From Desulfovibrionaceae bacterium (lineage in GTDB: Bacteria > Desulfobacterota > Desulfovibrionia > Desulfovibrionales > Desulfovibrionaceae): 64,000 nucleotides of DNA. The notes below the pieces were generated by a model that saw only the letters and a list, made by a program, of their open reading frames with translations, did not search any database and had not been told where the DNA came from. Shown piece after piece: positions 8,643 to 17,612 of the stretch. Each line of letters begins with the position of its first letter. The first letter of the stretch is position 1. The DNA is taken from contig JAFGBU010000005.1 of NCBI GenBank assembly GCA_016932995.1, forward strand, positions 9,972 to 73,971. The letters run 5' to 3'. A program made the position numbers and the translations under genes.

Positions 8643-11627
8643 TCACCAGGCCAGGGTGGACTTGTAGGCCCGGGCCAGGACCTCGGGCTCCTGGCTGAGA
8701 ATCGTCGCCCCGGCCGACCTGAACTCCACCGGGCCCGCGGCCACCTCGCCGATCCGGGCCGCTGTCTGGCCCCTGAACAGGGCCTCGAACTCGGCGCAAA
8801 GGCGCTGCGGCACAGTGACCACCAGGCGGCCGGCCGACTCGGAGTACAGGAGCCCGGCAAGCCCCGGCCCGCCCCAACACGGCACCAGGTCCAGGTCCGC
8901 CCGCAGGCCCAGCCTGCCGCCGATGGCCATCTCGGCCAGGGCGCAGGCCAGGCCGCCGTCCGAGCAGTCGTGGCAGGCGCTGACCAGCCCGGCCCGGATG
9001 GCCGAAAAAAGCGTCTCGTACCTCTGTCTGGCGCTGAGCGCGTCCACCTGGGGCGCGGACCCCGAGGAAAAGCCCAGCTCCGAGGCCAGCTCGCTGGCCC
9101 CCAGATCCGGCCCGGTGACCCCCAGGACGTAGATCGCCTCGCCCGGGGCCTTGAGGTCCGAGGTCAGGCAGCGGTTGACGTCCGGGATCACGCCGATCAC
9201 GGAATACAGTACGGTCGGAGGGATGGAAATCTTTACCCCCCCGCCCACATAGTCGTTCTTCATCGAGTCCTTGCCCGAGACGCAGGGCAGGCCGTAGGCC
9301 CGGCAGAAGTGGGCCAGGGCCTGGTTGGCGCGCACCAGCTGGGCCAGCTTGTAGCGGCCGTCCGGCACGGCCTCGGACCGGACCGGGTCGCACCAGCAGA
9401 AGTTGTCCACCCCGGCCATGCGCCTGGGGTCGCCGCCCACGGCCACGGCGTTGCGCACGGCCTCGTCAATGGCGTTGGCCATCATCCAGTAGGTGTCCAG
9501 GTCGCTGTACTTGGGGCAGATGCCGTGCGAGACCACCAGGCCGCGCTCCGAGCCGAGGTCCGGCCTGATGACCGCGGCGTCGGCCGGGCCGTCCCGGAAC
9601 ACGCCGACCAGGGGCTTGACCACGCTGCCGCCCTTGACCTCGTGGTCGTACTGGCGGATGAGGAACTCCTTGCTGCAGATGTTCAGCCTGGCGAGCATGC
9701 GCCTGAGCAGGTCCCCGTGGTCCGCGACCTCCGGGATGTCCTGGTCCGGGACCTCGGGCCGCCTCCAGCGCGCCTGAAGCTCCATCTGGGGCCCGCCGTG
9801 GTGCACGAAGTCCATGTCCAGCAGGGCCACGGGCCTCTCCCCGTAGCGCACGAAATACCGGCCGCTGTCCGTGAACCGCCCGAGGTCCGTGGACTCCACG
9901 TCCATCTCCCGGGACAAGGCCATGAACTCCTTTAGCCTGTCCCGGGGCACGGCCAGGGTCATGCGCTCCTGGGCCTCGGAGATCAGTATCTCCCAGGGCC
10001 TGAGCCCGTCGTACTTGAGCGGGGCCCGGGCCAGGTCCAGGTCGAACCCCCCGCAGTCCTGGGCCATCTCGCCCACTGACGAGGACAGCCCGCCGGCCCC
10101 GTTGTCGGTGATCGCGTTGTACAGCCCCAGGTCCCGGGCGCGCATGAGGAAGTCGTACATCTTGCGCTGGGTGATCGGGTCGCCGATCTGCACGGCAGTG
10201 GCCGGGGAGCCCTCGTGGAGCTCCTCCGAGGAAAAGGTCGCGCCGTGGATCCCGTCCTTGCCGATCCGGCCGCCGCACATGACGATGGCGTCCCCGGGGC
10301 AGGCCCTCTTCTCGTGGCTCGGACGGCCCGCGGCCAGGGCGGGCATGAGGCCCACGGTCCCGCAGAAGACCAGGGGCTTGCCCAGATAGCGGCGGTCAAA
10401 GACCACCGAGCCGTTCACCGTGGGCACCCCGGACTTGTTGCCCCCGTGCTCCACGCCCTCGCGCACGCCCTCGAAGACCCGCCTGGGGTGCAGCAGCCGG
10501 GGCGGCAGCTCGCCCTTGTAGAACGGGGAGGCGAAGCAGAACACGTCCGTGTTGCAGAGCATGTTCGCGCCGAGCCCGGTGCCCATGGGGTCCCGGTTGA
10601 CCCCCACGATGCCGGTCAGGGCCCCGCCGTAGGGGTCCAGGGCCGAGGGGCTGTTGTGCGTCTCGACCTTGACGCACACGCTGAGCTCCTCGCTGAACCG
10701 GATCACCCCGGCGTTGTCCTTGAACACCGAGAGGCAGAAGTCGTCGCGGCCCAGGGCCCTTCTGATGTCCTCGGTGCTGGCCTGGATATAGGTCCGAAAC
10801 AGGCTGTCGATGACCTCGCTGCGGCCGGTCTCCTCGTTGACGTAGCTTATGCGGGCGTTGAATATCTTGTGCTTGCAGTGCTCGGACCAGGTCTGGGCCA
10901 GGACCTCGAGCTCCGCGTCCGTGGGGTCCGGACCCAGACCGGCCTCCCGCCTGACGCGGGCGCTTGCCTGGTCCGCGTAGTAGGCCCTGATGCAATGCAG
11001 CTCCACCAGGCTCAGGGCCAGGGTGTTGGCCCGGCTGAAGGCCATGAGATCCTCGTCGCTCATCTCCCGGATGGCCACGCTGTCCACCTGGTCGCTGGCC
11101 AGGCCGGTGACCCTGGCCGCCCTGGCCGGAAACGGCCTGGCCGCGAACTCGCCGCGGGAGCGGTACTCGAAGCGCTGGATGAGCTCGTTGGCCAGAAGGT
11201 CCCTGGCCACGCTTGCGACCTGGGCCTCGGACAGATCCCCGCTGAGCAGGTACTGATCGGCGGTGTAGACCGCGAGCCCGGCGGCCTCCTGCCCGGAGAG
11301 GCCCAGGGCCATGGCCAGGGCCTCCTTGGCCGTGCGGCCCTCGTTGTCCGTGACCCCGGGCCTGAAGCCGACCTCCAGGGCCCAGTCAAAGCCCCGGGCC
11401 AGGGGCGAGAGCGAGGCCAGGTGCAGGACCGGATCGTGCAGGGCCTCGGCGGCCAGGACCTCGTCCGCGCGCGCCGCGTCCAGGCCCTCGACCACATAGA
11501 CCTTGACGATGCGCACCGAGTCCACGGCGATGCCCAGCTCGTCGTTTATCTTGCGGCACACGCCCTGGCCCAGCACGTCGCGCACCTGCGGCCTGAGCCC
11601 GACCTCGACCCGAAACAGCATCATCAA
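8643..11627 (-). CDS. purL: Phosphoribosylformylglycinamidine synthase (PurS-like N-terminus fused to PurL)
   Basis: 994 aa. AIR-synthase-type repeated domains. The N-terminal ~80 aa resemble PurS. Confidence 0.85.
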   Translation of the reverse strand: MMMLFRVEVGLRPQVRDVLGQGVCRKINDELGIAVDSVRIVKVYVVEGLDAARADEVLAAEALHDPVLHLASLSPLARGFDWALEVGFRPGVTDNEGRTAKEALAMALGLSGQEAAGLAVYTADQYLLSGDLSEAQVASVARDLLANELIQRFEYRSRGEFAARPFPARAARVTGLASDQVDSVAIREMSDEDLMAFSRANTLALSLVELHCIRAYYADQASARVRREAGLGPDPTDAELEVLAQTWSEHCKHKIFNARISYVNEETGRSEVIDSLFRTYIQASTEDIRRALGRDDFCLSVFKDNAGVIRFSEELSVCVKVETHNSPSALDPYGGALTGIVGVNRDPMGTGLGANMLCNTDVFCFASPFYKGELPPRLLHPRRVFEGVREGVEHGGNKSGVPTVNGSVVFDRRYLGKPLVFCGTVGLMPALAAGRPSHEKRACPGDAIVMCGGRIGKDGIHGATFSSEELHEGSPATAVQIGDPITQRKMYDFLMRARDLGLYNAITDNGAGGLSSSVGEMAQDCGGFDLDLARAPLKYDGLRPWEILISEAQERMTLAVPRDRLKEFMALSREMDVESTDLGRFTDSGRYFVRYGERPVALLDMDFVHHGGPQMELQARWRRPEVPDQDIPEVADHGDLLRRMLARLNICSKEFLIRQYDHEVKGGSVVKPLVGVFRDGPADAAVIRPDLGSERGLVVSHGICPKYSDLDTYWMMANAIDEAVRNAVAVGGDPRRMAGVDNFCWCDPVRSEAVPDGRYKLAQLVRANQALAHFCRAYGLPCVSGKDSMKNDYVGGGVKISIPPTVLYSVIGVIPDVNRCLTSDLKAPGEAIYVLGVTGPDLGASELASELGFSSGSAPQVDALSARQRYETLFSAIRAGLVSACHDCSDGGLACALAEMAIGGRLGLRADLDLVPCWGGPGLAGLLYSESAGRLVVTVPQRLCAEFEALFRGQTAARIGEVAAGPVEFRSAGATILSQEPEVLARAYKSTLAW

Positions 11628-11684
11628 CTCCTTGAACTTCTTCCCGGCCGGAGCGGTCCAAACAGGTCCGCGGTCCCGGCAAGG

Positions 11685-12650
11685 CTACCTGCGGCGGGTG
11701 AGCACGAACTCGGCCGCCTGGGCCAGGATGTCGGTCTCCCGGCACCCGGAGAGCCTGGAAAGGGCCTGCCTGGCCCGGGCCACATACTCGGCGGCCTTGT
11801 CCCTGGTCCTCTCGGCCAGCCCGGCCTCGCGGACCCTGCGCAGGACCTCGCGCGCGTCGTCCGGGCCCACGGACTTGGCCCTCAGCCTGGACAGGAGCGC
11901 CCCGGCCTCGGCCCGGTCCATGGCCTCTAGCAGATAGATCAGGGGCAGGGTCACCTTGCCCTCCCTGAGGTCGCCGCCCTCGGGCTTGCCCGTGTCGCTG
12001 GAGGCCTCGGCGTAGTCCAGGGCGTCGTCCACCAGCTGGAAGGCGATGCCCAGGTTCAGGCCGAACTCCCCGGCCGCGTCCTCCCGGTCCCTGGACGCCC
12101 CGCCCAGGACCGCGCCGCAGCGGCAGGCGGTCTCGATGAGCTTGGCGGTCTTGCCGACGATGATCTCCAGGTAGGTCTTTCTGTCCGCCGCGGGGTCGGA
12201 CAAAAAGGCGATCTCGCGTATCTCGCCCTCGGCCGTGGCCATGATGCCCTCTGCCAAGAGGTAGTTTATGCGCGGGATGTCGTAGCCCGCGCCCAGCCTG
12301 TTGGCCAGGGCCAGGAGCACGTCCCCGGCCAGGATGGTCTCGGTGTTCCCGAACACGGTGTGCGCGGCGGGCAGGCCGCGCCTCAGGTTCGCGCCGTCCA
12401 GGATGTCGTCGTGGAGCAGGGTCGCGGAGTGCAGTATCTCCAGGGCGCAGGCCAGGGGCAGGGCGTCGCCCTCGTAGCCGAAGGCCCTGGCCATGAGGAT
12501 GGTCAGGATCGGGCGGATGCGCTTGCCCGGGGCCAGGAGCACGTGCCTGGCCACCTCGCGCACCAGCCCGTCGAGTCCGGCCGTCTCCCGTTCGAGAAAC
12601 TCGCCGACCCTGGGGACCTCGTGGTTGAAATAGGAGCGTAGATCCTTCAT
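11685..12650 (-). CDS. Polyprenyl diphosphate synthase (trans-IPPS family)
   Basis: Two DDxxD motifs (LLHDDILDG, FQLVDDALD). Start set at ATG 12650 (MKDLRSYF); the longer ORF to 12737 looks like an extension. Confidence 0.8.
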   Translation of the reverse strand: MKDLRSYFNHEVPRVGEFLERETAGLDGLVREVARHVLLAPGKRIRPILTILMARAFGYEGDALPLACALEILHSATLLHDDILDGANLRRGLPAAHTVFGNTETILAGDVLLALANRLGAGYDIPRINYLLAEGIMATAEGEIREIAFLSDPAADRKTYLEIIVGKTAKLIETACRCGAVLGGASRDREDAAGEFGLNLGIAFQLVDDALDYAEASSDTGKPEGGDLREGKVTLPLIYLLEAMDRAEAGALLSRLRAKSVGPDDAREVLRRVREAGLAERTRDKAAEYVARARQALSRLSGCRETDILAQAAEFVLTRRR

Positions 12651-12740
12651 CGCCTGGCCGTGTTGTATAGTCCATGCGGGACTGTTTCCACAAGGCCCGC
12701 GAAGGCTTTTTTTGACCTCCTCTAAGGACCCGAACAAGGT

Positions 12741-13442
12741 CTAGCGGTTCATGAACATGGAGGCGCACAGCCCGGCCAGCACCCCCAGGGCGCCGTCCAG
12801 GTCCCAGTCCGCGGGGTCCCTGGACCCGACCCGGTTGGACACCGTGCGCAGCTCCACGAACGGCACCCCCTGCCCGGCCGCGCCAAAGGCCAGGGCAAAG
12901 CCCTCCATGTTCTCCACGTCCGCGTCGTAGGCCAGCTCCAGGCGCCTGGCGTCCTCCAAGGTGCCGGTGACCGCGCTCACGGTCAGGCTGACCACCCGCT
13001 GCCAGTTGCCGGATATCTCGACGCCCATCCTCTTTCCCGAGGCCTCGGGCGCGAGGTCGATGCGGTCCCAGACCGGCCGGCCGTCCACGGTCCCCTGGGC
13101 CAGGCCCAGGCCCCTGGGGTCCACGGACCCGGACCCGGCCAGCCCGATCTCCGGCCATATCTCGCGCCGGACCAGGCACGGGGTGCGCAAAGGCAGGGCC
13201 CTCGGGTCAAAGGCCCCGGCCAGGCCCAGGTTCACCACCCCGTCCAGGCCGCCCCTTTGCAGGAGCCGGCCCATGGCCAGGGCGGCGTTGACCACGCCGA
13301 TGCCGGTGACCGAGAGCACGAACTGTCTGTCGTCCAGGGACCAGACCTCGTCTCTGCCCCGGCGCACCTCGGGCGCGCCGCTCGCAAAGCCGAGGGCCGC
13401 GCGCATCTCCCTGGAGGTGGCCGCGACAATGGCGATGGCCAT
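12741..13442 (-). CDS. Nucleoside phosphorylase-family protein, futalosine hydrolase (MqnB)-like
   Basis: 233 aa from ATG 13442 (MAIAIVAATSRE). PNP_UDP_1-like pattern (SVTGIGVVNAA, ENMEGFA). Next to the polyprenyl synthase. The upstream part of the 423-aa track ORF is a shadow frame. Confidence 0.55.
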   Translation of the reverse strand: MAIAIVAATSREMRAALGFASGAPEVRRGRDEVWSLDDRQFVLSVTGIGVVNAALAMGRLLQRGGLDGVVNLGLAGAFDPRALPLRTPCLVRREIWPEIGLAGSGSVDPRGLGLAQGTVDGRPVWDRIDLAPEASGKRMGVEISGNWQRVVSLTVSAVTGTLEDARRLELAYDADVENMEGFALAFGAAGQGVPFVELRTVSNRVGSRDPADWDLDGALGVLAGLCASMFMNR

Positions 13443-13447
13443 GGGCC

Positions 13448-14770
13448 TCACAGCCTCCAGAAGGCGAACCCGGCCGCGGCCAGGTCCCGGGGCCTGAAAA
13501 AGCCCTTGACGTCGATGAGCAGGGCCTTTGCCGGGTCCCTGAACCAGGTCTTGAGCTCGGCCAGGCCGATGGACTTGTACTCGTCGTGGACCACGGCCAG
13601 GACAATGGCCTCCAGGTCGCGCAACCGGTCCAGGCCGCAGAGCCTGATCCCGCACTCGGCCTCTGCCTCGGCCGGGTCGGCCTTGGCGTCCTGGACCAGG
13701 ACCCGGACCCCGTACTCCTCGAGCTCCCGGACCAGGTCCACGACCCTGGTGTTGCGCAGATCCGAGACGTTCTCCTTGAAGGTCAGGCCGAGCACCCCGA
13801 CCCTGGCGCCCTTGATCCTGAGCCCGGCCTTGATCAGCCTCTTGATGGTCGCCTCGGCGATGTACTTGCCCATGTAGTCGTTGATCTTGCGGCCGGCCAG
13901 GATGACCTGGGGGTGATGGCCCAGGGCCTCGGCCTTGAAGGTCAGGTAGTAGGGGTCCACGCCGATGCAGTGCCCGCCCACCAGGCCCGGCCTGAAGGGC
14001 AGGAAGTTCCACTTGGTCCCGGCCGCCTCCAGGACCTCCAGGGTGTCTATGCCCATGCGCTCGAAGATCATGGCCAGCTCGTTCATCAGGGCGATGTTCA
14101 GGTCCCGCTGGGTGTTCTCGATGACCTTGGCCGCCTCGGCGGTCCTGATGTCCGGGGCCCGGTACACCCCGGCCCTGACCACCCGGCCGTAGACCTGGGA
14201 CAAGAGCTCGGCGCAGGCCGGATTCTGGCCGGCCACGACCTTGACGATGGTCTCCAGCCGGTGCTCGCGGTCCCCGGGATTGACCCTCTCCGGGGAGTAG
14301 CCGAGCCAGAAGTCCCGGCCGCAGACCAGGCCCGAGGCCTCCTCCAGAAGCGGGCCGCAGAGCTCCTCGGTCAGCCCGGGATAGACCGTTGACTCGTAGA
14401 CCACCACGCTGCCCGGCTTGAGCGCGGCGCCCACGGTCCTGCTCGCCCCGATCACCGGCCGCAGGTCCGGGATGCGGTGGGCGTCGATGGGCGTGGGCAC
14501 GGCGACCAGAAACAGCCTGGCCTGTCCCAGCTCGGCCGGGTCGTCGGTGAACCGGGCCCCGGAGGCCGAGATGTCCGTTGCGGACAGCTCCCCGGTCCGG
14601 TCCAGGCCCGAGTCGAGGTCCCTGATCCTCTTGGCCGAGACGTCGAAGCCGATGACCCTGAAATGCCCGGCCAGGGCCACGGCCAGCGGCAGGCCCACGT
14701 ATCCCAGCCCGACCACGGCCACGGCCGCCCGTTTGGCGCTCAAATCCTCGAAACCGACCATGCCCTGCAT
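13448..14770 (-). CDS. Nucleotide-sugar dehydrogenase (UDP-glucose/GDP-mannose dehydrogenase family)
   Basis: N-terminal GLGYVGLP NAD-binding motif and the catalytic region GGHCIGVDP. Start is ambiguous: ATG 14770 or ATG 14761. Confidence 0.8.
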   Translation of the reverse strand: MQGMVGFEDLSAKRAAVAVVGLGYVGLPLAVALAGHFRVIGFDVSAKRIRDLDSGLDRTGELSATDISASGARFTDDPAELGQARLFLVAVPTPIDAHRIPDLRPVIGASRTVGAALKPGSVVVYESTVYPGLTEELCGPLLEEASGLVCGRDFWLGYSPERVNPGDREHRLETIVKVVAGQNPACAELLSQVYGRVVRAGVYRAPDIRTAEAAKVIENTQRDLNIALMNELAMIFERMGIDTLEVLEAAGTKWNFLPFRPGLVGGHCIGVDPYYLTFKAEALGHHPQVILAGRKINDYMGKYIAEATIKRLIKAGLRIKGARVGVLGLTFKENVSDLRNTRVVDLVRELEEYGVRVLVQDAKADPAEAEAECGIRLCGLDRLRDLEAIVLAVVHDEYKSIGLAELKTWFRDPAKALLIDVKGFFRPRDLAAAGFAFWRL

Positions 14771-14837
14771 CCTCACCGCCTTTGTCCTTGGGCCCGGCCG
14801 AGTGGACAACCGCCCTCGGCCCGGCTAGTATGCCCGC

Positions 14838-15038
14838 ATGAACATCAACTGGTCGATCCTTCTGATCGGCCTGGGCCTCGCCTTTGTCATCGAGGGCCTG
14901 CCCTACTTCCTGTTCGCCGAAAAGATGCCCCGGGTGCTTTCAAAGCTCGTCAGGCAGCCGGCCAAGTCCCTGCGCATCCTGGGGTTCACGGCCATTGTCC
15001 TCGGCGTGCTCCTGGTATTTTTCGGCCGCTCCCTCTAG
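14838..15038 (+). CDS. DUF2065-type small membrane protein
   Basis: 66 aa with two hydrophobic helices. The VIEGLPYF motif is typical of DUF2065. Confidence 0.6.
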   Translation: MNINWSILLIGLGLAFVIEGLPYFLFAEKMPRVLSKLVRQPAKSLRILGFTAIVLGVLLVFFGRSL

Positions 15039-15772
15039 GCCCCGGCCTTTTCCGCCACATGCAGAAAAACAATGCCCGAAAGCATGGGCAGGTAATAGGC
15101 GCGGCTGAAGCCGGCGTCAATCAGCTCCCGGCCCAGGGCCCTCTCGTCCGGAAAGGAGGCTATGGTCTCGGCCAGGTAGCGGTACGCGCCCGGGTCCCCG
15201 GAGACCAGCCGACCGACGAGCGGCAACGCCCGGTCAAGATACAGGTTGTACAGGCCCTTCCAGACCCGCCGCCTGGCCGTGCCGAACTCCAGGACGCACA
15301 AGCGGCCCCCGGGCCTGAGGACCCGCAGTATCTCGGAGTAGGCCTGGGGCCTGGGCAAAATGTTTCTGATGCCGAAGGCCATGGTCGCCGCGTCCACGCA
15401 GCCGTCCGGCAAAGGCAGGCTGCGGCCGTCGGCCTGCACCGGCCAGACCCTCTGGGCCAGGCCCTGGCCGAGCTTTTTCGAGCGGCCCACCGAGAGCATG
15501 GGCAGGGCCAGGTCCAGGGCCATGATCCTGGCCTCGGGGCAGGCCCGGGCGAGCTTCCTGGACACGTCCAGGGTCCCGGCGGCCAGGTCCAGGAACAGGC
15601 CTTGGCCGACCCCTGAGCGGGCCGCCCTGACCAGCCGCGAACGCCAGTACACGTCCTGGCCCAGGCTCAGGCAGTGGTTCAGGAAGTCGTACCACGGGGC
15701 GATGCGGCCGAACATGTCCGCCACCCTCCGGCCATGCTCGAGGGCCCTGTCCCGCCCAGGGCTTGAGGTCAT
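15035..15772 (-). CDS. ubiE: Demethylmenaquinone/ubiquinone methyltransferase
   Basis: 245 aa. UbiE/MenG N-terminal signature (VADMFGRIAPWYDFLNHCLSLG) and SAM-binding DLAAGT. Confidence 0.8.
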   Translation of the reverse strand: MTSSPGRDRALEHGRRVADMFGRIAPWYDFLNHCLSLGQDVYWRSRLVRAARSGVGQGLFLDLAAGTLDVSRKLARACPEARIMALDLALPMLSVGRSKKLGQGLAQRVWPVQADGRSLPLPDGCVDAATMAFGIRNILPRPQAYSEILRVLRPGGRLCVLEFGTARRRVWKGLYNLYLDRALPLVGRLVSGDPGAYRYLAETIASFPDERALGRELIDAGFSRAYYLPMLSGIVFLHVAEKAGA

Positions 15773-15775
15773 GGA

Positions 15776-15967
15776 TCAGTCGTCCCCGGCCTCGGCCGTC
15801 CCGGCCCGGGCGGCCGATTCGCCGCCGGAGGCCACGGTCTTGAGGATCTGCCCGTATATCTCGCTGAAGTGCTCGCCGAAATTGTTCGGGGATATCCTGC
15901 CGACCTCGATGAACTTGATGGTCACTTCCTTGGCCACCTGCAGGGCCTGCTTTTCGAGCTTTTCCAA
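15776..15967 (-). CDS. Small hypothetical protein (63 aa, TTG start)
   Basis: GGGAGGAG SD 4-6 nt upstream of TTG 15967. High GC3. The stop is 4 nt before the ubiE start. The track ORF extension to 16027 lacks an SD. Confidence 0.45.
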   Translation of the reverse strand: MEKLEKQALQVAKEVTIKFIEVGRISPNNFGEHFSEIYGQILKTVASGGESAARAGTAEAGDD

Positions 15968-16128
15968 GAGGCTCCTCCCTTGCTTGAGGGAAAAACCCGC
16001 CCGGTGGGAAATGGCCGCACCGAACACTCGCGGGCCCCGGGCGGGAAAAGGAAGAAACCGTTGAAGCCTCTTCCTTTTTTTCAGGTCCTTAGCACGGCCA
16101 AGACCCGGCGTCGAGCAGGCCCGGGGCC

Positions 16129-16161
16129 AAAAAAAGGCCGCGGAAACACCCTTCCGCGACC
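16129..16161 (-). terminator. Rho-independent terminator after the acidic-protein gene
   Basis: On the minus strand, GGTCGCGGAA-gggtgt-TTCCGCGGCC (one G-U pair) followed by TTTTTTT. About 20 nt past the stop at 16182. Confidence 0.7.
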
Positions 16162-16181
16162 GCAGGCAATATGGCGGAAAA

Positions 16182-16952
16182 TCAGTCCTTGATCTCGCTG
16201 GCCAGCCTCTCGATCTCCTCGCGGATGATCCTGGCCGCCTCGGCGGGCACCAGCCTGGCGACCTCGTCCCTCAAGGCCTGCTCGAGCTCGGCCACCTTGG
16301 CCTCCAGGACCCCTATCCTCTCGGAAAACCGCTCCAGGGCCTCGGCCTCGTCAATGACCGCGCCCTCCGGGGGCATGATCTCGGAGACGTCGATCTCCGC
16401 GCCCTCCAGCAGGTCCAAGGCCTCCTCGTCCGCGGGCCCCTCGGCAAGGAGCGGCTCCTCGATCGCGGGCCCCTCGGCCTCTTCGGCCTCCAGGTCCTCG
16501 ACGGCCTGAGCGAGCTCGACCACGTCCTCGGCCTCAGGGGCCGGGGCCTTGGCCTGGCCCATGTCGGCGATTATTTCGTCCAGGCCCTCCACGTCGACCT
16601 CGCCCCCGGTCCCGGACTCTTCGGCGTCCGGCAGGCCCAAATCCAGATCAGGGCCCTGCTCCACGACGTCGTCGAGCAGCAAGGGTGGCTCCTCCTGATC
16701 CGCATCGGCCCCGGGCTGCTCTGCCTCCGGCTCGCCGGCCGCCAAATCGTCCAGGACCACGGCCTGCTCCTCGGACCCGGTCTCGGCCTTGTCCAGGTCC
16801 TCGGCGAACAGCTCCTCGATCTCCTGCTCGAAGTTCAGGTCCAGGTCGCCGGAATCCCCGCCGGCCTCGTCCCGAAGCTCGTCCTCGACGGCCTCGGACA
16901 GTTCGAGGACTTCCTCCTCGGGGGTCGGGCTTTTCTCGGGGGAATCAGGCAT
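16182..16952 (-). CDS. Highly acidic low-complexity protein with a C-terminal coiled-coil-like segment
   Basis: 256 aa, roughly one third Asp+Glu. C-terminus VLEAKVAELEQALRDEV...IERLASEIKD. Uniformly high GC3. Confidence 0.55.
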   Translation of the reverse strand: MPDSPEKSPTPEEEVLELSEAVEDELRDEAGGDSGDLDLNFEQEIEELFAEDLDKAETGSEEQAVVLDDLAAGEPEAEQPGADADQEEPPLLLDDVVEQGPDLDLGLPDAEESGTGGEVDVEGLDEIIADMGQAKAPAPEAEDVVELAQAVEDLEAEEAEGPAIEEPLLAEGPADEEALDLLEGAEIDVSEIMPPEGAVIDEAEALERFSERIGVLEAKVAELEQALRDEVARLVPAEAARIIREEIERLASEIKD

Positions 16953-16978
16953 GGTCTCCGCCTTTGGAATGATTTTTC

Positions 16979-17006
16979 AAAAAAGGGGGCCGCGTTCGCG
17001 GCCCCC
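16979..17006 (-). terminator. Rho-independent terminator after cytochrome c3
   Basis: On the minus strand, GGGGGCCGC-gaac-GCGGCCCCC followed by TTTTTT. About 15 nt after the cycA stop. Confidence 0.8.
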
Positions 17007-17020
17007 TTTGTCAGGCCCGG

Positions 17021-17425
17021 TTACTTCTTCTGAGGATGACACTGGGTGCAGGCGGTCGGGCCGGTGGGCTTCTTGGCCGTCTTCAGGTCCTTGTGGCAGC
17101 CGAGACAGCTGGTCTTGGAGGTCGCCGCGTGGAAAGCGCCGTAAAAGGACTTGTCGCCCTTCTTGGCCTTGTAGTCCTCGTGGCAGCCGGCGCTGGAGCA
17201 GCCCTTCACGTCGCCCTTGCCGTCCCACTTGTGGTGGCAGGCCTTGCAGTCCAGGGCCTTGTGCTTGGCGTGGGAAAAGGCCACCGGGGCCTTGGTGGCC
17301 TTCTGGCCCTTGGGCATCTCAATGGTCATGTCCGCCGGGGCCTTGGGCGCGGCGTGCAGCGAAGGCAGCACAAAGGCGCAGACCAGGGCCGAGCAGACCA
17401 GGCTGATAAGGATCGTCTTCTTCAT
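17021..17425 (-). CDS. cycA: Tetraheme cytochrome c3 (type I)
   Basis: 134 aa from ATG 17425. Signal peptide and heme sites CKACH, CSSAGCH, CLGCH and CTQCH in the classic c3 spacing. Extended purine-rich SD. Confidence 0.9.
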   Translation of the reverse strand: MKKTILISLVCSALVCAFVLPSLHAAPKAPADMTIEMPKGQKATKAPVAFSHAKHKALDCKACHHKWDGKGDVKGCSSAGCHEDYKAKKGDKSFYGAFHAATSKTSCLGCHKDLKTAKKPTGPTACTQCHPQKK

Positions 17426-17612
17426 TCTCCTCCTCCTCCTTCTTTCCAAACGATTGCTATGGTTCCTCAAGCCGCCGACAGGACTTCTTTACATACATGG
17501 TCCTTGAATTAATTGAGCACACCTGACGTGTCAAGCCGGTTCCACGGCCGCATCGACCATGTAGCCCCAAAAGGCCGTTTTTTGCAAGCGCCGGGTGATG
17601 ATTCCGCGCGCC

